Of a DNA stretch of 32,000 nucleotides, positions 8,637-17,737 are shown in pieces. How positions within the stretch are numbered: position 1 is the first letter of the stretch; every line of letters begins with the position of its first letter. Where the stretch lies: the NCBI GenBank assembly GCA_025359105.1, contig JANYHK010000007.1, positions 42,958-74,957 of the forward strand, read 5' to 3'. Below the pieces are notes generated by a model, which saw nothing but the letters and a program-made list of their open reading frames with translations, did not search any database and was not told the DNA's origin. Both the position numbers and the translations under genes were made by a program. The DNA comes from Myxococcales bacterium (GTDB taxonomy: Bacteria; Myxococcota_A; Polyangia; Polyangiales; Polyangiaceae).

Positions 8637-9721
8637 TTGGAAGCCTCCTTCCCGCTCGTCTGCGCGAAGATGTCGTCCATCCACTTGGACACGCGGAGGA
8701 TGTCCGCGTACGGAATCGGTGGCGGCGTCCCGTTGTGGATCGCCTCGTAGAAGTGGCGGAACAGGTAGTTCAGGCCGGAGAAGAAGTGGAACTCGCTCTT
8801 GGCGAACTTGCGCGCGTTGCGGGTGCCGGCCTGCGCGTACTGCCTGGCCATCTCGAACGCCGGGATGAGGCGCCCTATCGCGCTCGGCAGCTTGGCCGAC
8901 GTCTCGAGCGTGACCGTGCGGGCCGCGAAGTCCGCGTGCACGGTGTTCTTGGTGCCGAAGACGCGCACGTAGTGGGGAGGCGGGCGGATGTGCGACGAGA
9001 ACGTGCAGTAGCTCGTCGCCGTCTTTCCCTGGATCATGACGCGGAGCTCGTCGGCCATCGAGTCGCGCGCGTCACCGAAGCGCTGGGCGCGACGTACGGA
9101 GCCGTTCGCAGTGACCTTCGCGTCGTCGTCGTCGATGAACTCGACCACCTTGTTCAGGAGGTGATCGATGTTGTTGTGAAAGAGCTTCCCGGGCAAACGG
9201 TGGACCCAGTGGGCCGGATCCCCGAGGATGGCCGCGCCGAACGGGCCCGCGAGGTTGTACCCGAAGAACGACTCGACGTGGACGACCTCGCCGATCTCGC
9301 CGCTCCGGATCAGCTCGCGCATCTCGAGCGCCGGCGGATCGAACAGGTACGTGTAGCCGATCGTCATGACCTTCTTGGCGGCCCGGACGCGCTCGACGAG
9401 CTTCTTCGAGTCCTCGAAAGTGAGCGTCAGCGGCTTCTCGACGTAAACGTGCGCGCCGGCCTCGAGCGAGCGCGTCGCCAGAGCGAGGTGCGAGCCCGGA
9501 GGCGTGGTGATGTGCACGACGTCGGGCTTCTTCTCGGCGAGCAGCCGGTCGAAGTCGGTCGTGAAGTAGTCGAGCCGGTACCGCATGGCGATCTGCTCGG
9601 CCATGATCGGCTCGATGTCGCACACGCCCACGACCTGGGCGAGATCCGGCATCTTCTGGATCTCTTCGATGTGTCCGTCGGCGATCTTTCCGCACCCGAC
9701 GATGGCTACGCGCAAGGACAT
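8633..9721 (-). CDS. Gfo/Idh/MocA family oxidoreductase
   Basis: MSLRVAIVGCGKIADGH is an N-terminal Rossmann motif, and the family EKP motif appears in VYVEKPLTLT. GGAGAG lies upstream of the ATG at 9721. The gene sits 37 nt downstream of the lyase gene. Confidence 0.9.
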   Translation of the reverse strand: MSLRVAIVGCGKIADGHIEEIQKMPDLAQVVGVCDIEPIMAEQIAMRYRLDYFTTDFDRLLAEKKPDVVHITTPPGSHLALATRSLEAGAHVYVEKPLTLTFEDSKKLVERVRAAKKVMTIGYTYLFDPPALEMRELIRSGEIGEVVHVESFFGYNLAGPFGAAILGDPAHWVHRLPGKLFHNNIDHLLNKVVEFIDDDDAKVTANGSVRRAQRFGDARDSMADELRVMIQGKTATSYCTFSSHIRPPPHYVRVFGTKNTVHADFAARTVTLETSAKLPSAIGRLIPAFEMARQYAQAGTRNARKFAKSEFHFFSGLNYLFRHFYEAIHNGTPPPIPYADILRVSKWMDDIFAQTSGKEASK

Positions 9722-9758
9722 GGTCTCTCCAGGAGCTTCAGGACTGGCGACTATACGG

Positions 9759-11990
9759 CTATTTGACCGCGCAGGCTGCGACGTTCAGGAGGAGCACGCC
9801 GGCCGCCGACGCCGAGAGATTCCCTCCGGGAACCAGGGATATTTTGCAGGTAGCGCCGGAAGATTCGGGGACGGCAGCGTACTTGGCGCCCGGTGCCAGC
9901 CCGACGACGACGTGGCGGGTGGCCTGCGCCGGCACCTTGTACCAGACGGCTGCGGCGACCTTCTGCGGCGCGGCGCTCGTGAAGAGGTAGGCCTCCGATT
10001 CGAGCAGGACGCCGTCGAGCCCCTCCGCTTCCAGCTTCACGGCCACCGGCGGGGCGTCGGCGGCGGCGCCGACGACGACCGTGTGCAGGAAGCGGCGCTC
10101 CGTCTTGCCGCGCGGCGACGAGATCTCGATGCGCGTGGAGTCGATGCCCGCCGCCGGATCGTTCTTCATGAAGATGGTGTCGGTCTGGAGCGTCGGCTCC
10201 TTGAGGAGCTTCGCGGTCACCCCCTCGGGGATCACCGTCGTGAGCGTCGCCGCCGAGCGGCCGACCGGGATCTTGATGACGGAGCCGGTGACCGTCGGCG
10301 TGACGCCCGCGTGGCCGGCCCAGGTCGTCCCGTAGGTGCCCTTGGTCAGCGTGAACCGATCGTAGACGACGACGCGCGCCTGCCCTGGCGTCTTCATCGA
10401 GTCCATCGGCGTTCGCGAGAAGACGACCTCGCGCTCGGCGCGCGCGACGCTGTGGGTCTTGTGGTACTGCGGGTAGTCGTCGGGGTCGTACGCGTCGCCG
10501 TACTCGGCGAGGGCGTACGCGACGCCGCCATTGTCCTCGTAGCGCGCGACGTGGGCGAGCTTGGAGTAGATCTGCTGGTTGGGGTTCCAGCGGTTGTTCT
10601 CCTTCTTGTCGTCCACGAGGATGACGTTGTGGCTCGTCGACGAGTACGAGTCGTAGTCGCCCGGATCGATCACGAGCATGTCACCGCCGCGCGCGATCTC
10701 GAAGTGCCCCTGGTCGAGGTGCTGGTGATCGCCGAAGAACGCGCTGGAGGTCAGCGAGAGCCACGTGGCGCGGTCGGTCCAGTCGCTCCTCGCGAACATC
10801 GTGCCGGTGCCTTTGGCGAGGTAGCTGGTCGGTCCCTTGCGCGGGTCCTCGGAGACGCGGCCAGGCTCGTCTCCGAGTGCCTTCAACCAGTTCCACACCG
10901 GCTCGCCGGGGCGCTTGGCGAGGCGGCCGAGCCACACCGCCTGGCGGGCGACCGGATCGTCTTTGGGAAGCGCCATCGCGACGCCGTAGAACTGCTGCGG
11001 GAAAGGCGTCGCCGGTTTGTGCGACCAGTCGGCGCTGTCGTAGGTGTGGACGGTGTCCGGTAAAAACCCGTGGTTCTGGAAGGCGATCGACTCACGGAGC
11101 CACGGCAGATCGGTGACCATCTTCGCGGGGCCGCCCGACGAGGCTCGCCCCTCCCCGTCGGCGTAGATGCCGAGCACAGCGCCGATGAGGCGCGCGTACT
11201 GCCAGCCCTCGGGGTAATCGCCGCCCACGAGGCGCGTGCGGTAGCCGGGCACGATGATCGTGTTCCAGATCTCGCGGGCGTGCTTTCGCATCGCGTTGCC
11301 CTTCGGATCGTCCCCGTCGCACGCGAGCCCGCCCATGCCGGCGGCGCCGAAGTAGCCCATGAAGTGGTTGCTCCACGGCTCGGTCGGCCGGTAACCGCCC
11401 TTCTTGTACCAGAAGACGTACGTGTGGAGCCGCGCGCAGGCGTGCTTGCGCTGAGCGCCGTCGAGCGCGTCGTAGAGCCAGTCGGAGGCGATCGCCGCGA
11501 GGAAGCCGACGTTGCGGATCGCGTAACCGTCGTCGCGCTCGGCGGACTTGTCGCCGCCCTTCTTGTCGCCGACCTCCGTCTGGTCGTCGAAGAGAGCGGT
11601 CAGGTACTGGACGGCGGCTTTGGTGTAATCTGCACGTTTCAGGATGCGCCCGCAAAGGGCCAGATCGAGCGCCATGTTCGCCCAGTCCTCGCCCATGTGG
11701 CCGCTCGACACCTTCTTGGCGAGGCCCTCGTCGCAGTTCTGCTGGAGGATCGTCCAGCTCGGGTGGTTCACGTGCGACATCGCCTCGAGGCCGCTCAGGC
11801 GATCGGCCGTGAGCAGGATGCGCGGGTGCGTGCCCAGCTTGAAGTCGGTCGTGAGCGGGAGGGTCCCTTGCGGACCAGACGGGATCGGGGTCGCGGTGGG
11901 CGTCTCGCTGCTCGTGTCGGGAAAGCGCTCGACGCGGCGGCAGCCGGAGGCGTAGAGAGCGATCGAGGCGAGGGCAATCGCGAGGCGCAT
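9759..11990 (-). CDS. Heparinase II/III-like polysaccharide lyase family lipoprotein
   Basis: The signal peptide MRLAIALASIALYASGC has the lipobox A-S-G-C. The N-terminal half is alpha-rich (alginate-lyase/DUF4962-like, WSNHFMGYFGAAG). The C-terminal half has the pattern FFGDHQHLDQGHFEIARGGDMLVIDPGDY, which is typical of the heparinase II/III C-terminal domain. The family assignment comes from motif memory only. Confidence 0.75.
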   Translation of the reverse strand: MRLAIALASIALYASGCRRVERFPDTSSETPTATPIPSGPQGTLPLTTDFKLGTHPRILLTADRLSGLEAMSHVNHPSWTILQQNCDEGLAKKVSSGHMGEDWANMALDLALCGRILKRADYTKAAVQYLTALFDDQTEVGDKKGGDKSAERDDGYAIRNVGFLAAIASDWLYDALDGAQRKHACARLHTYVFWYKKGGYRPTEPWSNHFMGYFGAAGMGGLACDGDDPKGNAMRKHAREIWNTIIVPGYRTRLVGGDYPEGWQYARLIGAVLGIYADGEGRASSGGPAKMVTDLPWLRESIAFQNHGFLPDTVHTYDSADWSHKPATPFPQQFYGVAMALPKDDPVARQAVWLGRLAKRPGEPVWNWLKALGDEPGRVSEDPRKGPTSYLAKGTGTMFARSDWTDRATWLSLTSSAFFGDHQHLDQGHFEIARGGDMLVIDPGDYDSYSSTSHNVILVDDKKENNRWNPNQQIYSKLAHVARYEDNGGVAYALAEYGDAYDPDDYPQYHKTHSVARAEREVVFSRTPMDSMKTPGQARVVVYDRFTLTKGTYGTTWAGHAGVTPTVTGSVIKIPVGRSAATLTTVIPEGVTAKLLKEPTLQTDTIFMKNDPAAGIDSTRIEISSPRGKTERRFLHTVVVGAAADAPPVAVKLEAEGLDGVLLESEAYLFTSAAPQKVAAAVWYKVPAQATRHVVVGLAPGAKYAAVPESSGATCKISLVPGGNLSASAAGVLLLNVAACAVK

Positions 11991-12059
11991 GGCGGACTAG
12001 AGATAGTCGGCCGAGGCTCCGAGGTCGAGAGTGGGGTCTCGTGGTAGAGTCATTCGCCC

Positions 12060-13022
12060 ATGATGCGAGGCTCCTCCCTGGGCGGCGCGGCGGCGCTGGC
12101 GACGGCGTGCTCGCTCGTCGCGCTCGGTGCCTGCGGCGTCGACATCACGGGCACGCTCGCAGACGGCGACGCGGGCAGCACCGGCGACGCCACGACCGAC
12201 GCCACCGGAAAGGACGCCACGGCGGACGCGAGAGACGACGGCGCGGCCACGAAGGACGGCAGCGACGACGGCGGAGGTGGCGGCGACGGCGGACCCGACG
12301 GTGCGCGCGACGCGAGCGCCGACGCCGCAGCGGACGCCACAGATGGCGGCCCGTGCGCGCTCCCCGACGGAGGGGCGGGCATCACGTGCGCGGGGACGTG
12401 CGTGGATCCAGGCAACGATCACGAGCACTGCGGCAGCTGCGTTCCTTGCGCCGCCTCCGCCGCGTGCGAGACGGGCGCGTGCGTCGATGTCGCCGCCTCG
12501 CTGTCGGGCTTGCGCTACGAGCAACCATGCAATAACGGCATCCGCCCATTCTGCGGGACGGGCGCGGGCGGCAGCAAGACGGCGGCGGTGACGGGCACGA
12601 CGGGGAAGAGCTACGAAATCGCCTTCCGCGTGCGCGGCGTCGTCGAGCAGAAGCAGTACAACAACACCACCGCGGGCGGCGCGACCGGGACGAACGCGAG
12701 CTTCTTCATCGCGGCCGGCACCCCGAACGGCGACGGCTGGAACGTGGTTGCGCTGGGCGTGAGCGCGCCGGTAGGGAGGGTCTACTTCAACGCGGGCGCG
12801 TCGAACCACTCCTACTCCGACGGACTCGACTACCACGCGACGCTCCGCGCCAACGCGGGGGCAACGCTGACGCTCGCCGTCGATCCCCGCGACGGACTGG
12901 AGGCGCCGAACGTCGACAACGGCGGAACGCCCATCGTGGTCCCGGGCATCGCGCCGGCGCCGAACCCGTTCGACGGTCAGTTCATCCAGCTCGACGTCGA
13001 GTCCGTCCGCGCTCTGCCTTAG
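12060..13022 (+). CDS. Secreted lipoprotein with a D/A/T/G-rich linker, a Cys-rich module and a C-terminal unknown beta-rich domain
   Basis: The lipobox is LVALGAC. A low-complexity acidic linker follows (DGDAGSTGDATTDATGKDATADARDDG...). Next comes the Cys module CALPDGGAGITCAGTCVDPGNDHEHCGSCVPCAASAACETGACV, and then a domain of about 170 aa with no motif I recognise. Confidence 0.75.
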   Translation: MMRGSSLGGAAALATACSLVALGACGVDITGTLADGDAGSTGDATTDATGKDATADARDDGAATKDGSDDGGGGGDGGPDGARDASADAAADATDGGPCALPDGGAGITCAGTCVDPGNDHEHCGSCVPCAASAACETGACVDVAASLSGLRYEQPCNNGIRPFCGTGAGGSKTAAVTGTTGKSYEIAFRVRGVVEQKQYNNTTAGGATGTNASFFIAAGTPNGDGWNVVALGVSAPVGRVYFNAGASNHSYSDGLDYHATLRANAGATLTLAVDPRDGLEAPNVDNGGTPIVVPGIAPAPNPFDGQFIQLDVESVRALP

Positions 13023-13037
13023 CGACCCAGAAGCGTC

Positions 13038-13322
13038 TCAGTCTTCGGGCGATGCGGCCGACAGCCAAGCACGGCGGGCCGCGGCGTAGGCGGCGCGCGA
13101 AGCCTTCGTGATGTTCTCGTGCGGAGGCGACGCGAGCCCACGCTTGGCGAGCTCGGGGCCCAGCTTCTGGAGGACGAGCACGCGGGCCTCGGCGAGTGTC
13201 CCCGGCCATCCGCCTTCCATGGCGCGGCCCTCCCGACGTAGCGTCTCACGCCACGACGCCACCCAAGTTGCGGCGACGGTGCGCACGCACTCGTCGAGGA
13301 CAGCGTCGCCTGCGACCGTCAC
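13038..13322 (-). CDS. Hypothetical small protein (third gene of the rbp operon), start uncertain
   Basis: The minus-frame ORF has about 80% GC3. The GTG at 13322 avoids overlap with the upstream gene; the alternative ATG at 13400 would overlap it by 29 nt. No recognisable motif. Confidence 0.4.
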   Translation of the reverse strand: MTVAGDAVLDECVRTVAATWVASWRETLRREGRAMEGGWPGTLAEARVLVLQKLGPELAKRGLASPPHENITKASRAAYAAARRAWLSAASPED

Positions 13323-13371
13323 GGCTCGAACCCGGCAAGGGGCTGGAAACCCAGAATGATGGTGTGCTCGT

Positions 13372-13752
13372 TCATGCGCGGTAGGTCGCCGTGGCGACAT
13401 AGCGCAAAATTCGCCCACAATGCGAGGACCGCACGCTGCCCTGGCAAACGTCCTCACCCTCGAACACGCCCGTGTGCTCGCGGAGCGCGCGCATGACGGG
13501 GTACGTGACGTCGTGGCCGCCGTCGACGCAGGACGGGTCGCCGCACGGAATCTCGAAATGGGCCGGCGCCGAGGCGAGCTGGACCCGACGCGTGTGCGTC
13601 GTCGATCCCGCCGCCTCGCCGCGGTGCTCGGAGAGCTCGAGGTTGAGCCCCTCGAGCTCCGGCACCTCGACCGTGAGTCGTGGCGCTTCGTCCTCTCGAC
13701 GGCGGCGCTCGGCGAATCGCCGAGCGGCCTCCGTCTGCTTCTGCGCCCGCAT
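13372..13752 (-). CDS. Hypothetical Cys/His-containing small protein (possible zinc-binding)
   Basis: The ATG at 13752 is 14 nt downstream of the rbp stop, and GC3 is high. The basic N-terminus (RRFAERRRRED) is followed by FEIPCGDPSCVDGGHD ... CQGSVRSSHCGR, i.e. CxxxxC plus Cx8HC. Confidence 0.55.
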   Translation of the reverse strand: MRAQKQTEAARRFAERRRREDEAPRLTVEVPELEGLNLELSEHRGEAAGSTTHTRRVQLASAPAHFEIPCGDPSCVDGGHDVTYPVMRALREHTGVFEGEDVCQGSVRSSHCGRILRYVATATYRA

Positions 13753-13766
13753 CTGCCGGTGTTCGC

Positions 13767-14138
<372 letters not shown>

Positions 14139-14603
14139 GATGAACCTCTTCCAGTATTGGCAGTGACGGCAGTTGTCGCGTTATTTTTTTGATCGGACGA
14201 GCCGCTGCGTGCGATCGCGGGTGACGCGCTTTCAAGTTGCGCCAACCACACGTTTCGTCCCGAGTGCATGAACGCGTTGCCAGTGCCGGAAGTGGCCTAC
14301 AGCTACGAGTCGATCCGCCGGAAACGGTGACGTGACGGGACGTAGCATAGCTCATTTCCGCGAAAAGGCGAGGGGGCGCGTGCCCGCACCCCCCGCCGCG
14401 CGGGGCGTATTGGCGCGTCCCGTGAGCACCCTGCCGGACGGCGCCCTCCTCCCCGTGACGGCAGCGGCGGACGAGGTGGCGACGGCGGAGGAGGCGGTGG
14501 TTGGCGGTGGGCAAGTACGCGCCCAAGGCGAAGTCGGCGCAGCTTCACCGACGCGACATGAGAACGTTGGCCGGCGGCAAGTAGCCGGAACCCGCGCGCG
14601 GCG

Positions 14604-15359
14604 TCACTTGCAGGCGACGCTGCAGCGCGCGTTCAGGCATTGACCCAGGGCCACGAGCGCGTCCTGCCCCGCCGGCTCTGCGGTGGCGCACGCGTTCTCG
14701 CAGGTCGGGTCCCCGGCGCAGCGCGCGAGGCACGAGATGAGACGCGTACAGCTCGCGTTGTTGGAGCACGCGGCGCCCTGGCTGCAGCAGCTCGTGTCCA
14801 TGCACGTCCCGCAGGCGGGGTGCGTCCAGGTGATCGAGCCGCATTGGCCCGGCGTCGCGCCGCCGCCTCCAGAGCTGGAGCTGCCACCGCTCGTACTGCC
14901 GCCCGAGCCTCCACTGGTGCTGCCGCTGCTCGAGCCTCCGTTGCTGCCTCCCGCGCCGGAGCCGCCGCCCGAGCTACCTCCGCTGGTGCCGCCGTTGCTC
15001 GTGCCACCGTCCGTCGCCTTGCACGTGGTGAACGCTTGCTGGGACGGGCTACACGTGGAGGCGAGGGCCGACTTGGTCGCGGCGTCGTCGGTCTTGCCGT
15101 CGATGCCGCACTTCGTGGCGTGGTAGGCGCAGTCGAGGTAGGTGCCGGCCTGCGAGCTGCACGACGGATCGCCCATCATCTTGGTACACGTGTCCTTGTC
15201 CGACGCCGAGTAGACGTCGTTCGGGCAAGGCGGAGTCACGCTGCACGAGAAGCCGCTCCCTCCCGAGCCGAAGGTCGTCGTGCTGCTTCCGGAACACGCG
15301 ACCATCGAGAGCCCGCCCGCCACGACTGCCACGGAAATAAAATTTCGGATCGTACGCAT
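14604..15359 (-). CDS. Cys-rich secreted lipoprotein with two disulfide-type modules joined by a Gly/Ser linker
   Basis: The ATG at 15359 has GGAGG/GGAG upstream. The signal is MRTIRNFISVAVVAGGLSMVAC. The N-module has 8 Cys, the G/S linker is about 60 aa, and the C-module has 14 Cys (QCGSITWTHPACGTCMDTSCCSQGAACSNNASCTRLISCLARCAGDPTCENAC...RCSVACK). Confidence 0.75.
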   Translation of the reverse strand: MRTIRNFISVAVVAGGLSMVACSGSSTTTFGSGGSGFSCSVTPPCPNDVYSASDKDTCTKMMGDPSCSSQAGTYLDCAYHATKCGIDGKTDDAATKSALASTCSPSQQAFTTCKATDGGTSNGGTSGGSSGGGSGAGGSNGGSSSGSTSGGSGGSTSGGSSSSGGGGATPGQCGSITWTHPACGTCMDTSCCSQGAACSNNASCTRLISCLARCAGDPTCENACATAEPAGQDALVALGQCLNARCSVACK

Positions 15360-15560
15360 GGTGCTCCGAACCTCCGCGCGCCGTCGTCGCAAGCGGCGTG
15401 CCCCTCGGTCCGAATTCCCTGTTTCGCGTGGTTGCGCGCGGAACGGGGAATCGCGTGAACGGCGCGTCACGCCTGCGGTGAGGACGCGCGGGTGTCCGCC
15501 GCACAAACGGCTTATTTTCCAGCCGAACGGGAAGGGAAGGAAGCGCGGCTCCTTCTCGTA

Positions 15561-16376
15561 TCAGGGCGTTGGCAGCGGCAGGCCGAGCGCCCCGGGGCCG
15601 CCCATCACGCACGTGCCGAAGAACTCGCTCGGGCAGCCGCCGGCGAGGAAGCGCGTGCGGCAAGCAGCCATGCAGCCGCTCATGTCGCCTCCGGCAGAGC
15701 AGGTGCCCGGGCACTCGCTCGCCATCTGGCAGACCTTGGCGCACGCGCGTTTGTGTTTCGCGAGCGAGGCGGCGCGGGCGGCGTTGCACTTCTCACGCGC
15801 CGCGCCGCATCCACCGGTCACGCAGCGGTCGGCGGCGCCGACGCACGCGTCGCGGCACGCTCCGCACGAGGCCGCGCACGCGCGCTTGCACGCGTCGTCC
15901 TGGCACGCACGCTTGCACGACCCGCAGCCGGTGACGCAGCGCTTTCCGCATGCGTCGCAGCCGGCGGTGCACTTGGGCTTGCACGTCTCTTCCTGCACGT
16001 CCAGGCACGGGTCCGGCACGCACGACTGCTCGAACAGGAACTTGCAGGACAGCAGGTTCGGCCGACCGGAGGGCGTCTCGTCCCTGGACGAATCGTCGGC
16101 CGGAGGCTCCCATGCGCAGTCGCGTGCGAGCTCGGCGACGATGGCTTCGTCCTTCCACGACGCAGGCGCGGGCGGCGCCGGGGGGCCTGCGTCGCGAGGA
16201 GGCGCGCTCGGCGAAGCGGCGGGCGCGCTCGGCGCGGCGACAGGACCCGATGCGGACGGCAACGAGGCGGTCGCGCCCCCCGGCGCCGTCGCGTGCGCTG
16301 CGATGGGTGGCGACTCCGCCCTTCGCGTGCAGGCGAAGGGCATGAGCGCGAGCGCGAGCAGGGCGAGGCTTCGCAT
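15561..16376 (-). CDS. Lipoprotein with densely repeated CX3C/CX2C motifs (Csp/DUF326-like Cys-rich helical repeat candidate)
   Basis: The ATG at 16376 has GGAG about 10 nt upstream. The signal is MRSLALLALALMPFAC, followed by an A/P/S linker. Then comes CKPKCTAGCDACGKRCVTGCGSCKRACQDDACKRACAASCGACRDAC and further Cys pairs, roughly 28 Cys in about 165 residues. Confidence 0.7.
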   Translation of the reverse strand: MRSLALLALALMPFACTRRAESPPIAAHATAPGGATASLPSASGPVAAPSAPAASPSAPPRDAGPPAPPAPASWKDEAIVAELARDCAWEPPADDSSRDETPSGRPNLLSCKFLFEQSCVPDPCLDVQEETCKPKCTAGCDACGKRCVTGCGSCKRACQDDACKRACAASCGACRDACVGAADRCVTGGCGAAREKCNAARAASLAKHKRACAKVCQMASECPGTCSAGGDMSGCMAACRTRFLAGGCPSEFFGTCVMGGPGALGLPLPTP

Positions 16377-16600
16377 GGGCCGCTCCGCAGAGTACACGCG
16401 CGCATCACGGCGCGAGCAGCGCTTCGAGCTTGGCGAGCAGCGCGTCGTGCGCCGTCCTCTGGACTGCGCAGGAACCTTGCGCGGACCATTGGACGGCCTC
16501 CGGGTTCGCACCGGAGATGCCGGACGGCTGCGCAGGTCGCACGTCATCGCGCGAGAAGCTCCACGGGCCTCGACGGAGACCACGTGCTAGAGCGGGGCCC

Positions 16601-17671
16601 ATGCAGCGAGCTCATGCATGGGTCGGGCTGGCGTTGGGCCTCGCCGTCGCCTGCTCCTCGTCCTCTCCGTCGTCCGGTCCGGGCGGCGGCACTTCGAGCG
16701 GCGCGCCGGCGTCGACGGGGGACGCCGGCCTCCCGCCGCAGGCGAACCCGGGCGAGTCGCAGGTGTCGTTCCATACGCCGAAGGACCAAGCCACGCAGCT
16801 CGTCGTCGGTATCGACGCCGAGGACTTCGCCTCCCAGGGCTACATGGTCAGGGCGCTCGAGGTGGTGGTCACCGTCGACGGCGTCGTCGCGGCCCGCGAG
16901 ACCCTCGACGCGGAGGCGGGCGCGCTGTTCCCCCACGCCGTGCGGCTCGTCGCGCCGAAGGACAGGCCGAACGCGGCGGTCGCCATCAAGATCACGGCGC
17001 GCGCACCCGGCGCCGATCTCGTCTTGCGCACGGCGAAGACAGCCTTCGTCGCCGGACGGACACGCCTCGCGTACCTCTTCCTCGAGACGCGCTGCACCCT
17101 GTTCGGCATCGGCGGCGGCGGGTCACCGCCGGGGCCGACGTGCACGAACCCCGGCGAGACGTGCATCGGCGGCGCCTGCGCGCCCGACGCCCTCGGGGCG
17201 CTTCCCGACTTCACCGCGGACTGGGCGACGAACCCCCCGAGCGCATGCGGGACCGGCGCGGCCGGCGAGCTCCTCGTCGGAAAAGGCCAGACCGCGTTCG
17301 CTCCCGTCGCCGACGGCGACACGCTCACCCCCGAGTGCGGCCCGCAAGGCGGGCACCACCTGTGGATGGCGCTTCGCATGAAGAACGTCGGCCAGTTCGG
17401 AAGCAAGACGGTCCTCTCGGCGACGCAGCCGGCCGGCACGGCGTCGGTCCCCCTCACCGGCTTCGCATACGCGTGGGCGCCCGCCGCCGCAGGGCAATGC
17501 GAGCTGGTCGGCGTGCGCTTTCAGCTCGACGTCGGCGCCACCCCGGTCGCCGCGTTCCTCGGCAAGCCGCTCGACATCACCGCCACGACGGACGACAAGG
17601 CCGGCCACCACGCGTCGATCGTGAGCCACGTCACGATCGCGACCGCGCCGGTCGGTCCCTTCTGCCACTGA
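16601..17671 (+). CDS. Secreted lipoprotein, function unknown
   Basis: The ATG is at 16601. The signal MQRAHAWVGLALGLAVAC has the lipobox L-A-V-A-C and is followed by an S/G linker. There are two beta-rich regions separated by a small Cys knot (PTCTNPGETCIGGACAP). No motif I recognise. Confidence 0.75.
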   Translation: MQRAHAWVGLALGLAVACSSSSPSSGPGGGTSSGAPASTGDAGLPPQANPGESQVSFHTPKDQATQLVVGIDAEDFASQGYMVRALEVVVTVDGVVAARETLDAEAGALFPHAVRLVAPKDRPNAAVAIKITARAPGADLVLRTAKTAFVAGRTRLAYLFLETRCTLFGIGGGGSPPGPTCTNPGETCIGGACAPDALGALPDFTADWATNPPSACGTGAAGELLVGKGQTAFAPVADGDTLTPECGPQGGHHLWMALRMKNVGQFGSKTVLSATQPAGTASVPLTGFAYAWAPAAAGQCELVGVRFQLDVGATPVAAFLGKPLDITATTDDKAGHHASIVSHVTIATAPVGPFCH

Positions 17672-17737
17672 GACGCTACCGAGCCGCGTTCGCTCTTCGC
17701 GCCGCCGCGTGGCGCGCCGTCCAGGTACAGTGGGCGC

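Noticed and set aside
7599-11063. Plus-strand ORFs 7599..8750, 8447..9766 and 9585..11063, opposite the SDR/Gfo/lyase operon
   Set aside because: They are antisense shadows. The minus-strand products show Rossmann, EKP, YxxxK and lipobox features and coupled start/stop signals.
13325-13345. GGGTTCGAGCC sequence resembling a tRNA T-loop
   Set aside because: There is no complementary T-stem, acceptor stem or anticodon arm around it. It lies in the short gap between the two small ORFs downstream of rbp.
14225-14290. Possible sigma54 (TGGC-N-TTGC) promoter upstream of rbp on the minus strand
   Set aside because: The two TGGC-containing candidates (TGGCGCAACTTGA and TGGCAACGCGTTCA) have the wrong GG-to-GC spacing or lack the -12 GC.
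14332-14643. 103-aa plus-strand ORF in the rbp upstream gap
   Set aside because: It has a short stretch of high GC3 but a GTG start without an RBS and no motif. Its 3' end overlaps the convergent Cys-rich lipoprotein gene by 40 nt. It is kept only as something to test by Ribo-seq.
14850-15010. Repetitive GCC/GCT-rich DNA and other internally repetitive stretches considered as CRISPR or tandem-repeat elements
   Set aside because: The periodicity is codon-level and encodes a Gly/Ser linker of the lipoprotein. No repeat-spacer organisation exists anywhere in the window.
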